Origin: a virus
Lineage: Duplodnaviria; Caudoviricetes
Virus record (IMG/VR): IMGVR_UViG_3300043036_000433
Location: 1-35,172 of that record
DNA: 35,172 nucleotides
Reading direction: 5' to 3' (one strand)
Below are positions 8,908 through 15,083 of this stretch, piece by piece. Under the pieces are notes generated by a model. That model had not been told where the DNA came from and did not search any database. It saw nothing but the letters and a program-made list of their open reading frames with translations. How positions within the stretch are numbered: the first letter of the stretch is position 1; the number at the start of each line of letters is the position of its first letter. A program made the translations under genes and the position numbers.

Positions 8908-9022
8908 ATTATAACACGAGACGAGTAGCTGTTTCAAGTAAAAAATTATCAGTGTTGCTACTCGTCTCGGCTATTGTTTGTTTCTAAGATATTATTATAT
9001 CAAAAGAAGGGGGTCAGATCAA
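8908..9022 (-). promoter_or_regulatory. Two tandem sigma70 promoters
   Basis: TTGAAA(8937-8932)-18-TATAAT(8913-8908) and TTGATC(9022-9017)-17-TATAAT(8999-8994); no ORF follows either. Confidence 0.7.
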
Positions 9023-9048
9023 GTTTATTTTTTCTGACCCTAAATTGC

Positions 9049-9363
9049 TTAAGCTTTAACAGCTTGTGCAATCAGCTCCAGTGCCTCACGGGTAGCTTTC
9101 TCCAGTGACTCCAGCAATTCTTCGTTGGTATTGATAGCGTGAGCAATCTGTGCAATCAGCTCAGCTTTGCGAGGAGCGGCTTGGCCCTTGGCTTTCGTTT
9201 TTGCGTGGTACACGCCTTCTTTGCTCAGTTTAGCCACAATGCTACGCACGGTTTTATCCATGCGAGTTGCAAGTGCTTCCACGGATTCGCCAGCTTGGTA
9301 GGCCGTGACGATCTCCAGGGTCATTTCAGGGGTGTAGTTTACAGTTTTGGTGGTAGTCATCAT
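9049..9363 (-). CDS. A2/D3-like HTH DNA-binding protein, paralogue 2
   Basis: VNYTPEMT…KTVRSIVAKLSKEGVY…LESLEKAT; AAGGA RBS; promoter TTGACG-17-TATAAT at 9430-9402. Confidence 0.75.
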   Translation of the reverse strand: MMTTTKTVNYTPEMTLEIVTAYQAGESVEALATRMDKTVRSIVAKLSKEGVYHAKTKAKGQAAPRKAELIAQIAHAINTNEELLESLEKATREALELIAQAVKA

Positions 9364-9410
9364 ATGTCCTTTGTTATGGTTTCTGCGCTGTTTAAGATTC
9401 TATTATAAAC

Positions 9411-9545
9411 TCAAAAGGGAACATCGTCAAATTCAAAAAATTCGCGGTGTGTGTGGGTAGCTTCGACAATTTCGGATACTTCCGCATCCACAAATTCACA
9501 GTACCATTGCTCTTGGTCCGCTGTGAAAAATTCACGGTCTGTCAT
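9411..9545 (-). CDS. Acidic 44-aa peptide ending in FEFDDVPF
   Basis: AGGAAGGA RBS before ATG 9545, TATAAT just upstream; MTDREFFTADQEQWYCEFVDAEVSEIVEATHTHREFFEFDDVPF. Confidence 0.7.
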   Translation of the reverse strand: MTDREFFTADQEQWYCEFVDAEVSEIVEATHTHREFFEFDDVPF

Positions 9546-9641
9546 GTGTGGTTCCTTCCTGTTGATAAATAAATTATAAAACAAATCACAAAGTGTGCCA
9601 AGTATAAATTTACACACTTGACCCTAAATTGGTCCAGACGT

Positions 9642-9870
9642 GGTAGTTTTTACACTTGACACTCACACTTGCACTGGCGCGGTAGAATTTACACTTGACA
9701 CTAGCTCTCGCACTGGCGCCGCAGGCGAGCCTGCTATGCTGCAGTGCAGCATACTGGTCGAATTGACGACAATGGTCGAATTGACTACGATTAACCGGTC
9801 GCTTCAAGCGACCATATCGCCGATGGTGACCATTGCCAAAATGGTAACGATTGCCATTTTGGCAACGATT
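9642..9870. repeat. Cluster of tandem repeats and palindromes (includes cassette copy 1)
   Basis: Two 39-bp units (9642-9680, 9681-9719), GCAGGC-GA-GCCTGC, TATGCTGCA-G-TGCAGCATA, two 18-bp units (9755-9790), GGTCGCTTCAAGCGACC 9797-9813, TTGCCAAAATGG/CCATTTTGGCAA. Confidence 0.85.
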
Positions 9871-9875
9871 GGATA

Positions 9876-9904
9876 AAAAATAACCCTGGTCAGCGCCAGG
9901 GTTA
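9876..9904 (-). terminator. Rho-independent terminator
   Basis: TAACCCTGG…CCAGGGTTA stem with an A-run on + (T-run on -), just after the 9920 stop. Confidence 0.7.
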
Positions 9905-9919
9905 TCAGCAAATTGAATA

Positions 9920-10219
9920 TTATTCAAAATAACTATCATCAGTTACGATAGTATCAATCATATTATCAAAATCAGCAAAGCGCATTTTAACAGTTTGACC
10001 ATTTTCAAAACGGGTCATTGCCCAATACTTGCCGACTTTTGGACGATTTTTCTTTTCATTATCAGCGCAAATTGCAGTGCTAAATTCTACCAAATTGCCC
10101 ACGTGGGCAAATGCAACAGTGGTTTGCCCCGCGCGAACAAATTGCACATGGGGCAAAAACTTTTTCATATCCTTGAAAACGGATTTTTCAAATTTGCAGA
10201 GTTTTGTATTGGATTGCAT
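9920..10219 (-). CDS. Hypothetical protein (99 aa)
   Basis: MQSNTKLCKFEK…; AAGGAAA RBS and TGGTATAAT upstream. Confidence 0.7.
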   Translation of the reverse strand: MQSNTKLCKFEKSVFKDMKKFLPHVQFVRAGQTTVAFAHVGNLVEFSTAICADNEKKNRPKVGKYWAMTRFENGQTVKMRFADFDNMIDTIVTDDSYFE

Positions 10220-10277
10220 TTTAGTTTCCTTAAAAATTAAATTATACCACAAAATCGGGGCTTGCGCCCCGATAGGC

Positions 10278-10607
10278 CTACAGTGGCTTAGAATTTGCCA
10301 GAGCGGCGAAAATCTTAGCTAGCGCCGTTTTATTGGCTTTGGTCAGCGATTCGATTTCTGGTTCGGTCATATTCAAAACCGCGCCGATAGCGTCAGCAAC
10401 CGCGTCTTTTTTCACAACTGCTTCGCCGGTTTTAGTGGCATAGGTTTTTTTCTGGTAGACTTTTTCACGCGACAATTTAGCCACAACCGACCGGACAGTT
10501 TTGCCCATTTTTTCGGCAATCATTTCCGCAGTCATTCCAGCCTGATAATCGGCAACCATTGCAACGGTTTGCTCTGGAGTATAATTCACGACAGTTTTGC
10601 TAGTCAT
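10278..10607 (-). CDS. A2/D3-like HTH DNA-binding protein, paralogue 3
   Basis: MTSKTVVNYTPEQT…IAEKMGKTVRSVVAKLSREKVY; AAGGAAA RBS; promoter TTGAAA-17-TATAAT at 10681-10653. Confidence 0.75.
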   Translation of the reverse strand: MTSKTVVNYTPEQTVAMVADYQAGMTAEMIAEKMGKTVRSVVAKLSREKVYQKKTYATKTGEAVVKKDAVADAIGAVLNMTEPEIESLTKANKTALAKIFAALANSKPL

Positions 10608-10727
10608 ATTTTTCCTTTTTTTACCGCTGCACAATCGCTGCGGTATGGATATATTATAAGCGATAAACTGGGGTTTTTCAAGATTATTTTTAAATTTGCG
10701 CAAATACAACATAGGGGTAAACCCCTA

Positions 10728-10865
10728 TTGACACGCGCCACGCGCCCATGCTATAATTTTGGCGCAAGAATCGTGCCAGCTTTAACCGGTCGCTTCAAGC
10801 GACCATTGCCATTTTGGCAACCATTGCCAATTTGCTAACAGTTTATATCGTTACGATTTTGGCAA
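10728..10865 (+). repeat. Intergenic cassette copy 2
   Basis: TTGACA-18-TATAAT-TTTGGCGC, GGTCGCTTCAAGCGACC 10788-10804, CCATTTTGGCAACCATTGCCAA. Confidence 0.85.
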
Positions 10866-10875
10866 TTATCATGGC

Positions 10876-10906
10876 AAAAATAATCGGGGTTATTAACCCC
10901 GATTAT
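10876..10906 (-). terminator. Rho-independent terminator
   Basis: TAATCGGGGTT-ATT-AACCCCGATTA with adjacent A-run. Confidence 0.7.
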
Positions 10907-10910
10907 TATA

Positions 10911-11609
10911 TTATTTTGCCGTGAACCAATTTTTAGTTTGAAAATCGCGCCAGTTATAAGGCTTGATATTATCTTTCCAGTCGCGTTTTTTAATAATAGC
11001 CTTCAAAATCGGCAATTCAAAATCTCGCGCATCCTCCAATGCAGTATGCGGTTCTTTTACAAATTCGCCATTAATAAAACCGCAGACAATTTCAGCGTTA
11101 GTTTGAAATGTCATATTACCATGCGCAGTTGGTTTATTGAAAGCGTGATTTTGCAAAGCAAAATTGCGATAATCTTTTTTATTGCAGATATTACCAACCG
11201 CCGCCGACCACAAACAAAATTTATCGGCAAAGCCTGACAAATCAATTTTAGTATTCTCGCATTTTGAATTATCAAAAGCCAGATTATATGCGGTAAGAGT
11301 TGGGTTATATTTGCCGATTGCCTGATTAATCCATTTATTAATTGCAGCAACCGAAGCAACCATGCGCACGCCAGATTCCAGCATTTGATTATAATTAGCC
11401 TTGCGTTTTTCCAAACCCGCATAACCCCAAATATCATTTGCCGCTTTATCGTGGAATAATTCGTGCGTGCCATAATGACCGGCAACAAGTACCGCGCATT
11501 GATTATATATTTTGCCTTCGCGGTCAACGATAATCATTGCAAAATCGGCAACGGTATCAGCCATTGTCGTTTCGGTGTCGAGAATGCAAAAGAATTGTTT
11601 TTTAGCCAT
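10911..11609 (-). CDS. DEDDh 3'-5' exonuclease (DnaQ-like)
   Basis: ILDTETT (Exo I), AYNLAFD (Exo II), HTALEDA (Exo III). Confidence 0.85.
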   Translation of the reverse strand: MAKKQFFCILDTETTMADTVADFAMIIVDREGKIYNQCAVLVAGHYGTHELFHDKAANDIWGYAGLEKRKANYNQMLESGVRMVASVAAINKWINQAIGKYNPTLTAYNLAFDNSKCENTKIDLSGFADKFCLWSAAVGNICNKKDYRNFALQNHAFNKPTAHGNMTFQTNAEIVCGFINGEFVKEPHTALEDARDFELPILKAIIKKRDWKDNIKPYNWRDFQTKNWFTAK

Positions 11610-11719
11610 TTTTAAACCTATAAACCGGAACCGCCGGATAATCGCGGGTTGCGCAGTATGCGACAACAAAGTTATTATATCACGGAAAACCCGCATTGTG
11701 CGGATTTTCCAAATTTATT

Positions 11720-12196
11720 TTAGTGACCCTGAACTGAGGGAATATATACGCCCCGAATATTGAATCGGTCGCATACCGCCTTCAAATACGATACGTTATC
11801 CTCATAGAAAACAAAATCCGCCGCTTGAAAGTTTGCCAAATTAAAAAACTTTGCCAAACCATTGATTTTTAGGGTTTTGCCTGATTGTGAATCGCCGTCT
11901 TTGCGTGAGATAAAATAATCGGGTTCACCCAAAATTTCCTTGACAAATTGCCAGTCATTATCAAACATAACCCGCGCAGTGGCAATAATAACATAACAAT
12001 TTTCATCAGCCAAATCATTACGATATTGATTATAAAGTGGCAACAATTTATCAGTCATTGCCAAATGCGCATTTTCCTGCCAAAATCCAAGATCAATTCG
12101 CTCGCCATCATTGTCAATTATGGTACGATAACGCGCGCTTGAATCAACGATTGTGCCGTCCATATCATAAATTGCAACCCGATTAATTTTAGCCAT
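11720..12196 (-). CDS. HAD-superfamily phosphatase (PNKP-phosphatase-like)
   Basis: IYDMDGTIVD motif I, IIATAR motif II, K, FYEDN motif IV; AGGA RBS. Confidence 0.85.
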   Translation of the reverse strand: MAKINRVAIYDMDGTIVDSSARYRTIIDNDGERIDLGFWQENAHLAMTDKLLPLYNQYRNDLADENCYVIIATARVMFDNDWQFVKEILGEPDYFISRKDGDSQSGKTLKINGLAKFFNLANFQAADFVFYEDNVSYLKAVCDRFNIRGVYIPSVQGH

Positions 12197-12327
12197 TTTA
12201 CAGTGTCCTAGTTGGTAAGCCTTTATTATAGCGATTTTTTGCCCCCATGCCATAATTCACCATTGTAAATAACTATCGGCCCGATAGCGAAAATCAATCG
12301 GCCTGGCCGCGCATAGTAGTGTTTTTT

Positions 12328-12422
12328 GTGGTAAAATTTGGCGCCCACCTGTTGCTAAAAAGCAACGGTCGCCTGAAGCGACCATATGCAAAATGGTGAC
12401 CATTCGCAAAATGGCCACCATT
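12328..12422 (+). repeat. Intergenic cassette copy 3
   Basis: TGGTAAAAT-TTGGCGC, GTTGCT-AAAA-AGCAAC, GGTCGCCTGAAGCGACC 12367-12383, ATATGCAAAATGGTGACCATT. Confidence 0.85.
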
Positions 12423-12424
12423 AT

Positions 12425-12571
12425 TTATTTGTTAATACATTGTAGGGATACAACCCTTTGCGTGGAATCCCTTATCAATTTGGCAGCATATTGGCATTGT
12501 GCCATAGTATTAAATTCTTGAAATGAAACATTATACGTATGCATTATGACAATTAATACAAAAGTGTTCAT
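12425..12571 (-). CDS. Small protein (48 aa), hydrophobic N-terminus, two Cys
   Basis: Read by hand: MNTFVLIVIMHTYNVSFQEFNTMAQCQYAAKLIRDSTQRVVSLQCINK; AGGAA RBS. Confidence 0.6.
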   Translation of the reverse strand: MNTFVLIVIMHTYNVSFQEFNTMAQCQYAAKLIRDSTQRVVSLQCINK

Positions 12572-12696
12572 TGCATCAGTTCCTGATAATGTTTAACGTT
12601 TTGACGAATAAAGTCAGATAGCGGATAATTTGAGATTGTCCAATCGAACAGCGCGATTAGCGGAAAGAATACGGTGATTATGATTTTAAAAAGCAT
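12568..12696 (-). CDS. Small membrane peptide (42 aa)
   Basis: Read by hand: MLFKIIITVFFPLIALFDWTISNYPLSDFIRQNVKHYQELMQ; overlaps both neighbours. Confidence 0.5.
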   Translation of the reverse strand: MLFKIIITVFFPLIALFDWTISNYPLSDFIRQNVKHYQELMQ

Positions 12697-12898
12697 TATA
12701 AATTCCCAACATATTAGCCAAAAAGAAAACCCCATTCAAAACAATAAGCGAATTATCTTTTCGCTTAAAGCCAACAAAAAGCCATGACGCCGAACCGATA
12801 ATAAATGCCAAATAGCCAACAAATACGATTTGCGAAGCGACTAAAAATGCGCCGATAATGCTTGCCATTGTGCCAAGCCATGATATGATTTTTTCCAT
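12686..12898 (-). CDS. Small integral membrane protein (about 3 TM helices)
   Basis: Three hydrophobic segments in 70 aa; TAATG coupling to the upstream gene. Confidence 0.75.
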   Translation of the reverse strand: MEKIISWLGTMASIIGAFLVASQIVFVGYLAFIIGSASWLFVGFKRKDNSLIVLNGVFFLANMLGIYNAF

Positions 12899-13254
12899 TA
12901 TATTTCCAGTGAGTGATATTTATTAGCGGGTAAACCTAATTCTACCATAATTTTAGCCCAATTTTTGCCATGCCCGCATTTTTTCTCAGATAAACCGAAA
13001 ATGTTATAATCGGCTTGGTGAGCGATTTCATGCGGCAAAATGGTAAGCATCATTTCAGAATGATTGTTGGCAAAGAATTTATTAGCTAAATGAATACGAT
13101 TTTCAGTTTGATAATTTTTGCCAGCGGTACGCGTCAACCGATTGCAGAGCACAATTTTAGGGGCATCAAATCGTACCAATTTTGGATACGATTCTATCAA
13201 CCCAAGCCAAATTGAATCGGTGACAATTTCGATTTTGTGTTGCAGCGTTTTCAT
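12898..13254 (-). CDS. SprT-like zinc metalloprotease
   Basis: RLTRTAGK, TILPHEIAH (HExxH), GHGKNWAKIM; probable leaderless ATG at 13254. Confidence 0.85.
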   Translation of the reverse strand: MKTLQHKIEIVTDSIWLGLIESYPKLVRFDAPKIVLCNRLTRTAGKNYQTENRIHLANKFFANNHSEMMLTILPHEIAHQADYNIFGLSEKKCGHGKNWAKIMVELGLPANKYHSLEI

Positions 13255-13322
13255 GGGTAAATTATACCACGAAAAAAGTGTTGTTTTTTCGCCCAAGTGC
13301 AAAATAAATTTAAATAAATTTC

Positions 13323-13453
13323 TTGACCCGGCCCAAAATTATATGGTATAATTTTGGCGCGCCCAAACTGCTTAAAATTTAAGCAGTCGCTTGAAGCGAC
13401 CATATCCATTTTGGCAACCATTGCCAAAATGGTAAGGGCCGAAGCCCTTACCA
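13323..13453 (+). repeat. Intergenic cassette copy 4 plus minus-strand terminator
   Basis: TTGACC-18-TATAAT-TTTGGCGC, then four abutting inverted repeats including AGTCGCTTGAAGCGACC 13385-13401 and TGGTAAGGGC-CGAA-GCCCTTACCA (UUCG loop on -). Confidence 0.85.
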
Positions 13454-13459
13454 ATTCTA

Positions 13460-13783
13460 TCAGGATTTCTCAGCCTTGATAAAATCAGCGATTGCCTTAA
13501 GTGCAACCTTATTCGCTTTGGTAAGCGATTCGGTATCCGATTCGCTCAAGCCAAGCGCCTCACCGATATAATCGGCAACCATATCTTTTTTGACCACAGT
13601 CTCACCCGTTTTGGTCGTATACGTTTTGGCAACGTATACCTTTTCGCGGCTCAGTTTGGCAACCACAGAGCGCACAGTCTTGCCCATTTTTTCAGCGATT
13701 GCCTCAGCGGTAATGCCCGCCTGATAATCGGCAACCATGCTCAGGGTTTGCTCGGGAGTGTAGTTTACAGTTTTTGCAGTCAT
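13460..13783 (-). CDS. A2/D3-like HTH DNA-binding protein, paralogue 4
   Basis: Near-duplicate of 10278..10607 (identical IAEKMGKTVRSVVAKLSREKVY block); AGGA RBS. Confidence 0.75.
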   Translation of the reverse strand: MTAKTVNYTPEQTLSMVADYQAGITAEAIAEKMGKTVRSVVAKLSREKVYVAKTYTTKTGETVVKKDMVADYIGEALGLSESDTESLTKANKVALKAIADFIKAEKS

Positions 13784-13882
13784 TTTAAAATCCTAAAAAG
13801 TTAAGGGAAAAAAGAGGGTTTAACGATACCCGTTAATCGTTGGCAATTCGTGTAGGATTGCCAAATCCTAGTAAACTCAATC

Positions 13883-14008
13883 TTAATCCTTTTTGAAATA
13901 CTGCGCTATCGCAGAGTAATATTCTATCATATTATTGAACCGAATTTCATGCCGCGCACAAAAATCAGCAAATTCTTTTATTTCTCGTGCGCGGTATTGT
14001 GTGTTCAT
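13883..14008 (-). CDS. Small hypothetical protein (41 aa), leaderless
   Basis: Read by hand: MNTQYRAREIKEFADFCARHEIRFNNMIEYYSAIAQYFKKD; TATAAT-AAACCC-ATG. Confidence 0.55.
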   Translation of the reverse strand: MNTQYRAREIKEFADFCARHEIRFNNMIEYYSAIAQYFKKD

Positions 14009-14098
14009 GGGTTTATTATAGCGAGTTTTTAGCCTAGTGCGAGAAATCGCCATTGTAAATAACTATCGGCCCAATAGCAAAAATCAATCGCAAAAAGC

Positions 14099-14203
14099 TT
14101 GACCCGGCCCGATTTTATGTGGTAAAATCGGCGCCCCAAAAAGCAATGGTCGCTTAAAGCGACCATATGCAAAATGGTGACCATTACTAAAATGATCACC
14201 ATT
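14099..14203 (+). repeat. Intergenic cassette copy 5
   Basis: TTGACC-18-TAAAAT-CGGCGC, TGGTCGCTTAAAGCGACCA 14147-14165, ATATGCAAAATGGTGACCATT. Confidence 0.85.
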
Positions 14204-14206
14204 GCC

Positions 14207-14440
14207 TTAGTGCAGGATAGGTAGCCGTGTGGTAATGGTTACAGTTTGCATAACCATACAAACTTCTGCAAGCTCAGGGTTAGGGATAACGTCGTGCTCG
14301 CTTACCTCAGGCCGATAATTATGAAAGTTATGCATAACATAATCGCAAGCCTTATTGATAATCCAAGCGCGTGCAGTAGCAAAGGTCATGCCATTGTAGT
14401 CGGCAACATTGATTGCCAATTCTTTAAAGGTTAAGATCAT
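14207..14440 (-). CDS. Hypothetical protein
   Basis: MILTFKELAINVADYNG…; ATGA overlap with the upstream peptide. Confidence 0.6.
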   Translation of the reverse strand: MILTFKELAINVADYNGMTFATARAWIINKACDYVMHNFHNYRPEVSEHDVIPNPELAEVCMVMQTVTITTRLPILH

Positions 14441-14532
14441 GGGGTCATATTCCAAAAGTAAATGACGAAAGGAAAGCCGATAGTGGCCGCGATTAGTGTG
14501 GCCTGAGCCAACTCAACTAAAAATTTAATCAT
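14437..14532 (-). CDS. Small membrane peptide (31 aa)
   Basis: Read by hand: MIKFLVELAQATLIAATIGFPFVIYFWNMTP; GGAG RBS; overlaps both neighbours. Confidence 0.5.
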   Translation of the reverse strand: MIKFLVELAQATLIAATIGFPFVIYFWNMTP

Positions 14533-14695
14533 ACCAAACATCTCCAGTGATTACATTGTTGATTATAACATAGTACGCTATGCAATGCCCAACTCGGGCA
14601 GAAAAATTTTCATTGTCAATTTGAACAATACTCCATGCGTTGGGGTGACGCGCCTCAATCGCTTTGCACGCTAGGATATAGTCTTGTTTGTTCAT
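14525..14695 (-). CDS. Small hypothetical protein (56 aa), leaderless
   Basis: Read by hand: MNKQDYILACKAIEARHPNAWSIVQIDNENFSARVGHCIAYYVIINNVITGDVWYD; TGGTATAAT-CTACCC-ATG. Confidence 0.55.
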   Translation of the reverse strand: MNKQDYILACKAIEARHPNAWSIVQIDNENFSARVGHCIAYYVIINNVITGDVWYD

Positions 14696-14720
14696 GGGTA
14701 GATTATACCATAAAAAAGGC

Positions 14721-15083
14721 TTACGCCTTCAATCCGATTTTCTTGCACAATGCGCGAAATTGTGGCAGTGGCATATCTGAGCGCATACGATTGATACCGT
14801 CACAAGCCAAGATAACATTACCAACTTCGTAACCTTTTGTATTGTCGATACGGTCGATTGTGCACAGATCAAACACCACGGCACCTTCGACCAAACCACG
14901 AACAATTGTCATTGGCATTTGTGTGTGGAAGCATTCGCCATTTTGACCATGAAACAATCCGGTAAGGTAGTCAATTGTAACATTGTCGTCAGATTGCAAA
15001 CCTTTCATCTTGTCACGCGAGCGAGCCATTTTCAAGCTCTTAGCGAAGAATTGTTCCAGAGGGTTGCGAGTTGATTTTGCCAT
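14721..15083 (-). CDS. HNH/His-Me-finger endonuclease-like protein
   Basis: Q.GECFHTQMPM…TIDRIDNTKGYEVGNVILACDGINRMRSD; AAGGT RBS, TATAAT upstream. Confidence 0.75.
   Translation of the reverse strand: MAKSTRNPLEQFFAKSLKMARSRDKMKGLQSDDNVTIDYLTGLFHGQNGECFHTQMPMTIVRGLVEGAVVFDLCTIDRIDNTKGYEVGNVILACDGINRMRSDMPLPQFRALCKKIGLKA

Noticed and set aside
5515-9628. TTTAGGG as plant-type telomeric repeat or contamination
   Set aside because: Never tandem, occurs in both orientations and is embedded in phage ORFs; treated as a dispersed motif instead.
9610-9939. ORFs 9610..9939 (-), 9640..9876 (+), and similarly 10569..10838 and 13251..13454
   Set aside because: Low-complexity translations of the repeat cassettes with no RBS.
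9900-14200. Restriction-site avoidance specific to first-transferred DNA
   Set aside because: Composition looks different, but CTAG, AGCT and GATC all occur here; cannot be supported without counting.
9790-14203. CRISPR array or mini-array from the recurring GGTCGCTTNAAGCGACC repeat
   Set aside because: Copies are 0.7-1.6 kb apart and separated by genes, not 30-40-nt spacers; no cas genes; no typical CRISPR repeat end such as ATTGAAAC.
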